The notes beneath the pieces were generated by a model. That model did not search any database and was not told where the DNA came from. It was given only the letters and a program-made list of their open reading frames with translations. A stretch of 62,799 nt of DNA, counting the filler, from Hausera hauseri (taxonomy: Eukaryota): assembly GCA_046269625.1 (NCBI GenBank). It is 11 parts of 11 records of this genome, joined end to end, with 100 filler letters (N's around TTAATTAATTAA, not from the genome) between each part and the next. Parts side by side here need not be neighbours in the genome. Positions count along the whole stretch, not along the records: positions 46,045 to 50,306 come from JBJURY010669885.1; positions 50,407 to 54,390 come from JBJURY010839414.1; positions 54,491 to 58,504 come from JBJURY010819752.1; positions 58,605 to 62,799 come from JBJURY010707881.1; 7 more parts are not named here. One strand, written 5' to 3'. Of this stretch, positions 47,391 to 60,872 are shown one piece after another. Position numbers and translations under genes: made by a program. Within the stretch, counting starts at the first letter, position 1. The number at the start of each line of letters is the position of its first letter.

Positions 47391-48125
47391 AATATCCACT
47401 TTAAAGCAAGGAATAAAAAACATGTTTTGTGTTAGCAGGATTTAATTGTAACTTTGAAACTTATCCAACATTAATAAAACTTACCTCAAGTTGCCTTTTT
47501 GGATGTGCATGAATATATTTGTATACACTGTACTTGTCTAATCTTCTCTCTACAGATTAAATGGCTATTCTGCTTTTGAACCTCATAATTCACCATTTTA
47601 AAGTTTTGAAGTTAAATTCCATAACATTTTTGTGTTATCAATTCAAAGCTATTAATTATTTAGCTGTATTCATCATTTTTGATCATTTATACTTATCAGT
47701 TCAGGCAGTCCTACTGCCCAGGAGGACCGAGAGCCCTCTGACAGCAAGCTGGATCCAGGTGACAGATCAGTATCTGTGGCCAGATTCCTTGGATTCGCTG
47801 CAGGAGATCCTTCTTGGCCCACAGCTATCAGCATCAACAACTCTTGAATGAAACCAGGATGATGAGCTACGACAACACTTAATTTCCCTTTGGAATTAAT
47901 AAAATATTTTTTAATTGAACAAAATATTTACCAATATTAATAATAAACTTCACAAAATTGTACTTTGAATCCATGTTTTTTTCTGTTCTCCTCTCAAGTA
48001 CAATGTGTACACATATATGCATGCATGTCCAAAAAGGCAACTTGAGGTAAGTTTTACTAATGTTGGATAAGTTTCAAAGTTACAATTAAATTCTGCTAAC
48101 ACAAAACATGTTTAAAGTGGATATT
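47391..48125. repeat. Inverted repeat, arms ~47391-47537 and ~47995-48125
   Basis: AAAACATGTTTTGTGTTAGCAG...AAACTTATCCAACATT..AAAACTTACCTCAAGTTGCCTTTTTGGA reappears as its reverse complement. Confidence 0.85.
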
Positions 48126-48706
48126 TAAGTGATTAATTTAAGCAATTTTTTGTTTAAAGTTAATTTATATATTCTTTTAAATAAGGGGCTGATATAAGAA
48201 TTTTTTTCTTCTTTCTGCACTCTTTTCATTCAGTGTTTTGGATATATGATGTCATAGGATTGTAAGATGCAAATAAATAAATAAATAAAAACGCAAAAAA
48301 AAACGTAATTTAATATTTACAACAAAAAAAAGGACCAACAAAACATTGGGAGTGTATATTATGCTGGACTACCATTCATCATACTGCAGATAAATCACAG
48401 GAAAACCAAAACTATTAGTTATTATTATTAAGCTGCAAAAGTGAAAGAAACTGTAGCACGTCAAAAACGAAACTTAAAAACAGTGGAGCAGTCAACCACC
48501 CCGCACCTGCAACAGTGCATGCAACACCGCCCCCTATGGTCACAATATACTGTAGCGGTTACGGGGCGTGGACTGTGTTATGTCTTCCCCATAATGCTTA
48601 GCGGTATGTTAGTGTTCCGGCTGCACCATGAGTGAGATGGAGGTCTGTGATATAGACCTGCCTCAAGACACTTTGCAAGGAAGGTCACAAATGAAAGCTG
48701 TTATGC

Positions 48707-49180
48707 GTGTTCTCCGATTCCTCATGCTACCCCTCAAAACACCCTTATGCATCCCGTACTTTTATCCCTGATCCTAGTTCAAACATGACAGCCATCCACA
48801 CAAAGATTTCAGCTTTGGTTGATAGACAACGAAAGGAGAACTTAGGTTCCTGGAACGACTGCAACCTGGGCTGGCTCTTCGGGAGCGGATGGAAGGCTTG
48901 GTTTATGAAGATAGGTGACTTCTTGTTACTTGTTGTGGTAATACTGATGGTGATCTCGTGTTGTATTGTGCCATTAGTGAAATCTTTAGTCTCCCACATG
49001 TTTTCCACCACACTCATGTCTCTCAACTTGCCAAAAGAGGAGAGCGACACAATTATGATGATTTTGAGGATGAAGACAAATTTGATGATATTAATGTGTG
49101 TACTAATGATGAATAAAGCATTTTTGTTGTTGTTGTTTTGTTTTGTTTTTGGTCTAACGTTTATGATGCATCTGTTGTAA
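48707..49180 (+). pseudogene. Retroviral env TM-subunit C-terminal fragment
   Basis: TFIPD..SNMTAI.., WLFGSGWKAW, TM LLLVVVILMVISCCIVP; directly upstream of a PPT and LTR. Confidence 0.75.
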
Positions 49181-49315
49181 ACTGTGAGTGAGCAGATGTT
49201 GATTTTTACTGCATAGACCTAACTATATTCTATAAAGGTTTTGTATTTTAACCACACGTTTTGCTGCATTTGTGTATTCACCCAAGTGTATTCTTAAAGT
49301 GTTTGATTTTAGAAT

Positions 49316-49798
49316 AAAAGGGAGGAGTGTAACAAATTAAATGTATCATTTATAGTAAGCAAACTTTTATAGTGAATATAACCTGAACACCAGATTGCAT
49401 GTGCAGCCTGAGAGTCCAATCTTATGAAAAGCTCTCTTCTCACTGTGCGGCCTTGTCCTCTTCTGAAATGTACTTGTTAACGATGCTGACTTGGCTAGTT
49501 CCTGGCCCGGAACTCAAGTCCAATGCCTGATCTTATCTGAAGAATACCACCTGTGTGAACATCCTGCCTTCTCAGATAATTCTGTATTAGGAAATGTGTG
49601 TGCATGTTTATGTAACTGAATACCTATAAAAACTTGATGTATCCTTTGTTCGGGGCTCATCACTTGTGCTGCAGGCAGAGGGAGCCTTCGGACGCTTGAC
49701 TTTTTAAAGCCTCCGAATAAAGACTTCCAAGATCAGATCTGATCTCCTTATTTGATCTCAGCAACTTATCTCTCACTGTTTGTTAAAGTTCCACAACA
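49316..49798 (+). mobile_element. Polypurine tract and 3' LTR (LTR ~49328-49798)
   Basis: AAAAGGGAGGAG then TGTAAC; TATAAAA ~49625; AATAAA ~49717; ends TTCCACAACA. Confidence 0.7.
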
Positions 49799-49914
49799 AC
49801 CTCCATTTAAAAATGTAAATATGTGTCAGTCGTGTCTTAAAGCTGCAGAAATCAGCACTTTTAGTTGCAAACTGCATCCAGTAAGACTGAACCAGTCTCC
49901 CAGTTAAACTTCCA

Positions 49915-50306
49915 TTATCCCAGCTGCTGCTCCTTACCTATTCTGTGAAGCTTTGTCTGAGGTTTCCAGTTGATCTTCAGTGTTCTGCGCTGACGATCGA
50001 GCTCTTTCTTGTTCTGGACTATGCTTTTTTCTGGTTCCCAGTGGTTCCTTCCCTCCGTCTCCTGCACCAGTAAGTGCTGTTCTTCATTCTGACCAATACA
50101 GAACTCCTCCTGTTGTGGAGGCTGTGGTTCCTCCTGAGCAGGTTCTGGTTTCTTGTGGTTAATTTCCTCATAAGCAGGTGTCACCATAAATATGTCATAC
50201 TCCTGCTTCAGTGAAAGCTGTTCTTCATCCTGACTGGTACAGATTTCCTCCTGGTCATCTTCAATCTGTGATGGTTCTGGTTCCTCCTGGTCATCTTCAA
50301 TCTGTG
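49915..50306 (-). CDS. Teleost-type C2H2 zinc-finger family gene, N-terminal acidic exon fragment
   Basis: QEEPEPSQIEDDQEEICTSQDEEQLSLKQE..FMVTP and ELDRQRR.L.I.WKPQ.KLHRI followed by GTAAG are hallmark segments of this fish family. The fingers themselves are not in view. Confidence 0.7.
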
Positions 50307-50406
50307 NNNNNNNNNNNNNNNNNNNNNNNNNNNNNNNNNNNNNNNNNNNNTTAATTAATTAANNNNNNNNNNNNNNNNNNNNNNNNNNNNNNNNNNNNNN
50401 NNNNNN

Positions 50407-53400
50407 ATAACGTGACAAATCATATGAAAACACATGACCAATCATATTACATAACGTGACAAATCACCTGATATCACGTGACCAATCATAGGATATAACG
50501 TGACAAATCACTTGTCATCACGTGACCAATCATGTGATATAACGTGACAAATCACTTGACATCACGTGTCCAATCATATGACATAACGTGACAAATCACT
50601 TGACATCACGTGACCAATCACATGACATAACGTGCCAAATCACTTGACATCACGTGACCAATCATATGATATAACGTGACAAATCACTTGTCATTATGTG
50701 AGCAATCATATGATATCACATGAAAAATCATTTGATATCACGTGACCAATCATACGACATAACGTGAAAAATAACTTGACTTCACGTGTGTAGTCATGCG
50801 ATATAATATGACATATCACTTGACATCACGTGACCAATCATATAACATAATTTGACACACCACTTGACATCACCGGAAAAATCATATTATGTAACGAGAC
50901 AAATCATTGATATGACGTGAACAATAATGTGACATAACTTGACAAACCACTTGACATCACATGACTAATCATATGATATAACGTGACAAATCACTTGATA
51001 TCACGTGAGCAATCATATGATATAATGTGACTTATCACTTGACATCACGTGACCAATCATATTATATGATGTGACATATCACTTTATATCACGTGACAAA
51101 TCATATGACATAACGTGACAAATCACTTGATATCACGTCAGCAATCATATGGTATAATGTGACTTATCACTTGACATCACTTGACCAATCATATTATATA
51201 ATGTGACATATCACTTGACATCACTGACCAATCATATGATATAATGTAACAAATGACTTGATTTTACGTTGCCAATGATATGGTATAACGTGACTAATCA
51301 CTTGGCATGACGTGTACAGACACATGATATAACGTGACAAATCGCTTGGTATCACGTGAACAATAATAGGACATAACGTGGCATATCACTTGACATCACG
51401 TGAACAATCATATAATATAACATGAAAAGTCACTTGATATCACGTGACCAAGCATATGACATAAGGTGACAAATGACTTGATATCGCGTGAAAAATCACA
51501 TGATGTAACGCGACAAATCATTTGATTTCACGTGACCAATCATATTGCATAAAGTGACCAATCATTGATATAACGTGATTAATCATATGACATAACGTGA
51601 TAAACCAATTGATATCACGTGACTAATCATATGACATAACGAGACAAATCACTTGATATCACGTGACCTATCATACGACATAACGTGGCAAATCACTTGA
51701 CATCACTTGACCAATCGTATGTCATAACGTGAAAAATCACTTGTCATCACGTGACAAATCATTGATGTCACGTGACCAATCGTATGACATAACGTGACAA
51801 ATCACTTGATTTCAGGTGACCAATCATATGCCATAACGTGAAAAATCACTTGACATCACGCGGGAAAATAACTGGTGTCACGTGACCAATCATATGCTTT
51901 ACGATGACAAGTCACTTGACGTCACGTGACAAGTCATTGATGTCATGTGACTAGTCAAATGACATAACGCGACAAATCACTTGATATCGTGTGAACAATC
52001 ATATGAGTTAACGTGACAAATAACATGAAATCACTTGACAAATCATATGACATAACTTGACAAATGACTTCAGGTCACGTGGCCAATCATGTGATATAAA
52101 GCGTCAAATCATTCGACATCACGTGTCCAATCATATTACATCAGGTGACAAATCACTTCATATCAGGAGACCAATCCTATTATGTAATGTGTTAATGATA
52201 TGATATAACGTTTAAAATGACTTGATATCACGTGAAAATCAGTTGATACCACAAAACCAATCATATGACATAACGTGACAAATCACTTGATATCAGGTGA
52301 ACAATCATATGACATAACGTAACAAATCACTTTTCATCACGTGACTAATCATATGACATAACGTGACAAATCACTTGAAATCACGTGAAAAATCACATGA
52401 TGCAACGTGACAAATCACTTGACATCACGTAACCAATCATACGATATAACATGAAAAATCATTTGATATCACGTGACCAATCATATAACATAGCGTGCCA
52501 AATCACTAGACTTGACGTGACCAAACATATGCCATAACGTGAAAAATCATTAGACATCACGTGAGAAATCACTGGTGTCAAGTGACCAATCATGTGCTTT
52601 AAGGTGACAAATCACTTGACGTCACGTGACAAATCATTAATGTCATGTGATTAGTCAAATGACATAACGCGACAAATCACTAGATATCGTGTGAACAATC
52701 CTATGATATAACGTGACAAATAACTTGAAATCACGTGACAAATCACTTGACATCACGTGAAAAATTAGTTGACGTCACGTAACCAATCATATGATATAAC
52801 GTGACAAATCACTTGATATCACGTGACCAATCATATGACATAACGTGACTAATCACTTGTCTTCACTTGACCAACCATATGACATAACCCGACAAATCAC
52901 TTGATACCACATAAAAATTATTTGACATAAATTATAAAATAACTTGACATCACATGACCCATCATATAACTTAACGTGATAAAAGACTTGTCATCACGTG
53001 GCCAATATTATTTCATAACTTGCCCAATAACTAGACATCAGGTGAACAATCATATGCCACAAAGTGAAAAATCACTGACATCAAGTGACAAATTATTGAT
53101 GTCACGTGACCAATCATATGACATAACGTGATAAATGATTCGACATCAAATACCAATCATATGGCAACCTGACAAATCAATTGACATCACGGAACCAATC
53201 ATATGACATAACGTGACAAATCACTTGACATCACGTGACCAATCGTATGACATAACGTGACAAATCACTTGACATCACGATACCAATTATATGATGTAAC
53301 GTGACAAATCAATTGACACCACATGACCAACCATATGACATAACGTGACAAATAACTTGATATCACGCGACCAATCATATGACATGACGTGACAAATTAC

Positions 53401-54390
53401 TTTATATGATGTCACCAATCATATGGCATATCGTCACAACTCACTTGACTTCACGACACTAATCATATGGTATAACGTGACAAAGCACTTGACATCACGT
53501 AACTAATATTATGATATAACGTGACAAATCACTTGATATCACGTGATTAATCATATGATATAACGCAAAAAATTACTTGATATCACGTCACCAATCATAT
53601 AGTATATCGTGAAAAATCACATGACATCACGTGACCAATCATATGATATAACGTGACAAGTCACTTGACATCACGTGACCAATCACATAATATAACGTTA
53701 CAAATCACTTGACATCACGTGAATAATCATATGAGATAACGTAAAAAATTACTTCGCATCACGTCCTCAATTATATGGTATAAAGTGACAAATCACTTTA
53801 CATCACGTGACCAATTATATGACATAACATGACAATTCACTTGACATCGCGTGAACAATCACATGACATAACGTGACAAATAAGTTGATATCACGTGACC
53901 AATTATAAGATATAACGGGACCAATCACTTGGTAACCCGTCACCAATTATATGGTATAATGTGACAAATCACTTGACATCACGTGACCAATTATATGGTA
54001 TAATGTGACAAATCACTTGATATCACGCGATCAATAATATGACATGACGTGACAAATTACTTGATATAACATCACCAATCATAGGATATAACGTGACAAA
54101 TCACTTGACATCACGTGACAAAACATAAGATATAACGGGAAAAATGACTAGATATCACGTCACAAATCATATGGTATAAGGTGTCAAATCACTTGGCATC
54201 ACGTTACCAATCACATGATATAACGTGACAAATCACTCGGCATCACGTGACCACTCATAAGACTTAACGGGATAAATCACTTGATATCACGTCACCAATC
54301 ATATGGTATAACGTGACAAATCACTTGACATCACGTGACCAATCATATGATGTAACATGACAAATCACTTAACATCACGTGACCAATCAT
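50407..54390. repeat. 44-bp satellite (2 x 22 bp), consensus ATAACGTGACAAATCACTTGAC-ATCACGTGACCAATCATATGAC
   Basis: Period 44 checked at 50521 and 50565; the array fills the whole contig. Confidence 0.97.
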
Positions 54391-54490
54391 NNNNNNNNNN
54401 NNNNNNNNNNNNNNNNNNNNNNNNNNNNNNNNNNTTAATTAATTAANNNNNNNNNNNNNNNNNNNNNNNNNNNNNNNNNNNNNNNNNNNN

Positions 54491-54612
54491 GCATATGATT
54501 TCGGCCGTAGGAAAATCCCCTCTTGATATTCAACGCAGCCCTTACTCTCATCCTTAAATTTGCCTATGACAGAAGCGAAACGAGTAGAGTACAGCGGATC
54601 ACTCTTGTCATA
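54491..54612 (-). pseudogene. PolB fragment (family 2, as 29531-30036)
   Basis: Reverse strand reads DKSDPLYSTRFASVIGKFKDESKGCVEYQEGIFLRPKSY, nearly identical in DNA to 29710-29770. Confidence 0.85.
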
Positions 54613-57600
54613 ATTTTGTTGGTATAGACTAAATCGACTAAACGAACGATAACAGTGATCGATTTAACAATGATATTTATTGACTAACAGTGATCGATTT
54701 AACAATGAAATGATATTCATTATAATAATGTTTTAACAACACGACTTTTATTTTGTTTATGACTTTCATTTGTTCATGACTTTTATTTTGTTTAATATTC
54801 ACTTTAACAATGCTTGGTAAGGTTAACCTTTCTTTTGCCCTTTTGAATTGTTAAACCCATTGATGGGTGCCATGCATTCTGCTGTTATGTGTACATTGTA
54901 AGTGTAACCCGTGTTGCCCATTCAGTGGTCAATGGTCGATGCGTGTGTGAAAAACATTAAATAGTAAAGAAAAAACACTAAGTAGTGAAGCAAAATAAAG
55001 TTAAAGCTCAAATAGTTAAATTAAACATTGATGATCAACCTTAACAATTGAAAACGAACACTTGAAGATGATGTGTGATGATAGGTCTTAACAGTTGAAG
55101 ATGAATAATTGAAAATGATGTGTCAAAAGATTAGCGTCAGCAATTCAAATCAAAACCATTTTTAGAATTGAATTAGTGATGATTTGACTCAATGACTTCA
55201 TATCACAGTGCATATCACCATTTCAACATTAAATTAATGATGACTCAGATCAGCAGTTAGCGTCAAAATGATTTTGAGAATCCATTAAGTTAATAGAAAA
55301 ATTGATAATCAACTGGTATAAATACCAGCTAAAAAATAAATAACCAACCGAAAAATTATATTAGCGCATTCAAGAAAAATATTGAAGAAGTATATCAGAG
55401 TTCAGGTACTGATACCCTTTATAGATTGTCTAAATAATTGTTAATTTTACAGAATAGACAACCGTACAAAGACAAGTAAACTGTTTCAAGAATAATCGAA
55501 ATTAAAACCTCAGCAGATATTGATTTACTTATGGCTACACAGAGAAATCTTATTTCCGAATTCCCAGAAGCCAATAATGGTAAGCTTGAAAATAGTTTAT
55601 ACATGTATCGACCAATTTACCACTGAGTTTATATATATTTGTTAATGCACATATATTGTTGTATAATAAATGATTCCTTAAAGCAAATTCAGAGGACTCG
55701 AAAACAATTATTTAGAATCGCCTTAGAGTCCTGAAGAAAGGAAGTCCGGCATCACTATGGATGATTTATTCGGGTGTTTATAGAAGTTTCGTAATAAGTG
55801 AATTGCAAAGTGACCTACTCCAAAACGTGAGTCCAAAGGATGAATCGCCCGATGTGGACAGGATGTTCAGTAACCAATGCTGTATTGTGCGATTGATCTA
55901 ACTGTTAATGGGAAATTAATTTGGCAATAAAATTTGATGAAGGGAACCGTGATATAAAGAAAGAAACAAGGAGAAATAGATGAAGAGATACGATTCCAAT
56001 GTTCTGTATCGAGGATTCGATCGTTTTGTGCACCGAAGATGGCGAGAAATCATCAGGTTTTCACAGTTTATGATCTGCTGAAATCCGTGATACCAATTTG
56101 ATACCAATTTAATAAAAATATTTCGTCTATGTAGCGCCTTCGAAATGTTTAACATATTGGTCAAGATTTGATATGAACTTGATGATGATACTTTGCTTGA
56201 GTTATCAAAGGGTTTTGGTGTTATGGGGTAATGTTAATCGTTTTTTAGCACGATGCGCTCGCGAAGTTCGTTGAGTAGGTCGAAAAGAACGAATTTTTAT
56301 TGTATTCCACCTCGATGTCCCCTTCATGCAAATATTGTCTCCGCCAATTAAATAGCACATATAGTGAAAAGTGTTGAATCCCAAGTGGTTTTATGTAATT
56401 AAGGAGTGAATTGAGTCTAATGATATCTGCATGGTAACAGAGTATTGCTTTGTGGTTAAGTTGTTTTACCCTTATTTTGGGAATGGTTAGTATGGACCAT
56501 AGTAATAATCAAGGCTAATAGGATGATACCCGTGATATCTTTAGGAAGAGAGTGGAAGCGGCTTACCAGTTAAAAGAAATGTGCAGTGGCGTAAGGCTTG
56601 ATCAGAATAATAAAAGATTGGTTATGGGACGGCCACCCCTTAGTAATGAGTTACAAGCATTACAATTATTAGAATAAAAATTTTGTTCTATTAAGTAATT
56701 AAGGGTAGTCTTGTTCAAAAAATAATATACATAGACTGACACTCGCGATTATAATTCTTTAACAATACAATAGAGCTTAATGAATAGGTGAATATATTCC
56801 TTATAAATCCCTTCTCGTTATTTTATTAGTATCTTCAATGAAAAATGACGCTTTCTGATAGCACCACGATAATTCTCCCCACGATCAACATTTATTTTGA
56901 ATAACGGATTGGATAGAATTGAATCTAATCTCATATATTTCATAAAGGTACGAGTATGATTCGAATTTTAGGGAAATAACACTGATAAAAATTCCGGTCG
57001 TTGCAATATAAATAGTTATTTATTCAATTTATCGTGACTTTTATGGTATGTTAATAGGGAGAGTTCGCATGCTTGTCAAAACCACGTAATCATCTAACCC
57101 GAATCTTTGACTCATTGAGAAGTGATCATTTTTCTAACCTTACATTATAAGATTGGTTAGATAAAAAAATCATACCTGTTCAATTAACAAATCCTAATTG
57201 GGATGCCATCAAGACAGAATGGGAGTTTGGAAAATTAAACGGAAGGAGGAGGTCAATATGACTGGTATAAACGAAATGTTATTGATAGAGATTTAATAAA
57301 ATACGCTTTAGTCGTAATTACTAATAAAAGGTTAGTAATGAACACTGGAAAAGGCTCAACGTAATACTCTGCTAAAATTACTACCAAAGGGGATTAAATT
57401 TATTACGCGCTAAAAGCGTCATAAGAGGCCGATTGAAGTTTCCTGCACAATGGAAAGTAAATTCCATCTCATAGGAGCACCACGTTGGATCATGAGAAGA
57501 TAAGACCTTATTCGCGGGAAGAGTTGAGATATTATTTAGATTGGATGACAGAGTTGATAAGATAACCTAACAAAATAGTTGAGAATTGGGACAGAATACA

Positions 57601-58604
57601 TAGTGAACAAAGGCATATTAAAAGAAATGAAAACCGAATAATAACGGGCGCAGATTACCTTGGTAGTCGGACCGCCATCTAACGAACACACCTTCAGGTT
57701 TTATATGTTGGAGAATTAGACAAAAAGGATGATTCACAATGCAGGAGTTAAACATATTACAAATGGTACAGTAAATGTTCCAAAGGCAGTTGATATCCAT
57801 CCCAGATATAAATACAACCAACAGTAGAAGAGATAATTTAATTGCAACAAAATGCATGAGATAAGTTCCAGACACCACTGTCTGAGGGAGAAAAGCTTTA
57901 AAGGTTGATAAATCCCAGGTTTGAAAACGCCTGGTTAGTGTCTCGGCTTAACACCCTCCAGAGCTCCAGCGTCGGCCGGCCGGTCATCATGACAACTCAT
58001 TTTATTCTCTGCATAATCTCCCACTGTCCTCCAAATAATAGCTGCAGGGAAATTGACAGAATGATCACTGCAGAAGTCGTTCCTGTCCATGTCCTCCTCC
58101 CTCCAACTTCACTGCTTGAACAGACAAATCGTTGAAAGGTTTAAGGATATCGACTTTGTTCTTACTGAAACAAAACAAAGCACAGCACAGCCCTGAAGAC
58201 AATGAACTCCCTGTTGCTCTGACTCCAACTTCAAACACCTATACACAGAACAGAAATGCATAAAATGTCATTTACCACTGAAATTTATTAAGTACAAAGG
58301 CACAGTACAAGACAGAGCTGTTGAGGCTCAGTGGAGATGGTTTTCCTTTGCAGAAACTGGATTGATAATATAGAAAAACTTATTACATCTTGAAGGAAAC
58401 TCAATTATGGATTCAGGGAAGTTGATCTGTTATGTAGAACATACAAGTGTCACTATAGACACAACCGCTGGAGTCAATACGGTGGTCGAAAAATGAGAGA
58501 ACCTNNNNNNNNNNNNNNNNNNNNNNNNNNNNNNNNNNNNNNNNNNNNTTAATTAATTAANNNNNNNNNNNNNNNNNNNNNNNNNNNNNNNNNNNNNNNN
58601 NNNN

Positions 58605-60872
58605 CTTTCGGATAGTCTGAAGTATCCAAATACTGCGCCAAATTTGCAAACTTTTTAAAGACATCATTTGTGTGAATCTGGTATATGAAACTGTCCGTGC
58701 CATGTACATTAGCTGGAGCTCCTTGAATGTGGGGACCATAATGTTGTAATGAAAGTCACACATCAAGATCTTGGATAGATCCAATATAAACATGCCCACA
58801 TATATAGGCTTGTTGAACTCAAGTGATGACTTGAGATTATGGATGCTCACCAAGTTCTCCGTGTAGATTGTGCTCCTGTGAAAGTTGGGATTATCGATGA
58901 GTTTTATTGCCCTCTTCCAGTCACATAGCAGCTCGATGTTTATCCGGTTCCGGATGTTCTCCATAGTTTTGCCAAAGACCGAGTTGTTATACCGTTTGAA
59001 TTGGTCCTTTTCAAACTCGTTTTAGGCATTGGCCCTCAACTGGGTATTAAGGTGTATGTATAAATTCAGCCATTTGAATTAGATGAACTGTAAGATCCGA
59101 TGAACCCTAATGACTCTGAGTACATTTTGGATGGCCTGTTGGAGATTTATATACAGGTTACATACCTCTGCCTGTTTTTGAGGTAACAGAGCAGTTTCTT
59201 ATGCATATCATTTGGCGGCCTCTTGCTTCGGGGAGAAAAGGCAGCTGCTTATGCCTCGTGTGGATGCTATGTGCGTATTCCACGTCCACCTCTAGTATGT
59301 AGCCTGTATCTCCATTAGGACTCATACCTTCAATATCCAGGACTTACAGCTGCTCAACCCATTGAAAGTTATCATAGGTCAGTGGGTTGTTCACTGCCCA
59401 TCCGTACAAGTTGTTGACATTTAGGTATGATATATATGAGGATTCATTTGATGGATCATAATCTTCCATGTTTTTGTTGTTGGCCTCACTGTACTGTGAA
59501 TGGCCTGGCAGATTCCACCCCTATGCCTCTCTCAATCATGAGCACCATATTGTAATTCTCCAAGATCTGGAGTCTTATGCTGGTATAGCGCAGCATAGCT
59601 GCCCAAGTCATTCCTGCATATGTAAAGAAATGGGCTTGATCTAACTTGTGTGTCTTAAGAGTCACATCTCGGAAGCTTTCAAAGACATCAGTAAGCAACA
59701 GCACATATGCGAGGAGATAGATATCACTGTATTCCCCTATTGCCTTTCACTGGAAGGTCTGCCATATCCTTTGGGCGTGTTCATAGTCAGAATCGCTAAT
59801 ATGACTGTATGACAAATCACTATAGACGTCCTCCTTGGCCGGTGCTTTCCATGACGTTATATAGTCATAGGGAAACACTCCTTTCCGTTTCACCAGGTCA
59901 AATGTATTCGGGAAGAACCTCTTTGTCTCCTTGAGCACATCAGCTGGAAGGTTCTTCATGAGACTGTCCAGTAACGAGCTAATGAAGCGGAAGCTATCAA
60001 TGAAGAAAAGTCTGATGAGGATCACATGCTTCGTGAAGGTGATGTACTTCTCCTCTCTATTTGGAATCACATCAATGTTCCCCTCAATATTACCCAATTC
60101 TCGAACAATGAAGTGGGAATCGTAACCACTAAGTTTGTGGAATACCACGGGAACATATGTACATGTCTTGCAGCGTAATTTGAAATTGTTGCACGCTGCG
60201 CCTCGGTGTATGCCTGTAAAGTGGCAGTGATCCCTGACTTTGTGACTGTCCCATGTAAATGGCTTTCTGCATAAGTAGCAGGTTGATGATTTGCGCCATT
60301 CACATTTTTTTTGCTGCGACATCATCATGTAGCCCCTATGCTACTGCAACATGTCTTTAAGTTTGTGGGCATACTGTTTCAAACGCTGCATAAAATGTGC
60401 TGCTGCATTTACACCTCTGTATAGGTAGGGCTCTTTGTCCAGTCTTTTGGCATACATGCAGTATGATAATAACTCATGGTACTGGTATGCTGTAGTACTG
60501 CTTTGCTGTGGATTGGGGCTGCAGCTGTAAACTGGACTGAGGATGGCCTCAAAGTCACAATATATGACAATCGGCACCTTCTGCATCTTCTCGAACTCCT
60601 TGAATTCCAGATCATCATCCTTGGGGAATTCTTCTCGGATGCAATAGTTTGTATTGCAGTAGGTCTTGTGCTCCTCCTGCTTTTCTGCGGCTGTCTCCCC
60701 ATTAAAATTTGTAAAGCATCTCTTGCATATTTCCAGCCTTGATTTATGCTTCGATATTTGGGATCCTACAAGGCGCTCGAAATTCTTAATCCAGATGAAA
60801 TGCCTCGTTTCTCCATCATATAGCAGGAGCAGATCCCTACGATCCTCCAATTCCTCCTTGCACACATGTAAG
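58605..60872 (-). pseudogene. Polinton/Maverick-type PolB, decayed (family 1, as 30533-34137)
   Basis: HFIWIKNF, IYCDFEAIL, VRDHCHFTG, KGVFPYDY, NNLYGWA, NSVFGKTMENIRNR, KPIYVG. Confidence 0.93.

Noticed and set aside
50407-54390. CRISPR array
   Set aside because: No unique spacers and no cas genes; the units are tandem and degenerate, in a eukaryotic context.
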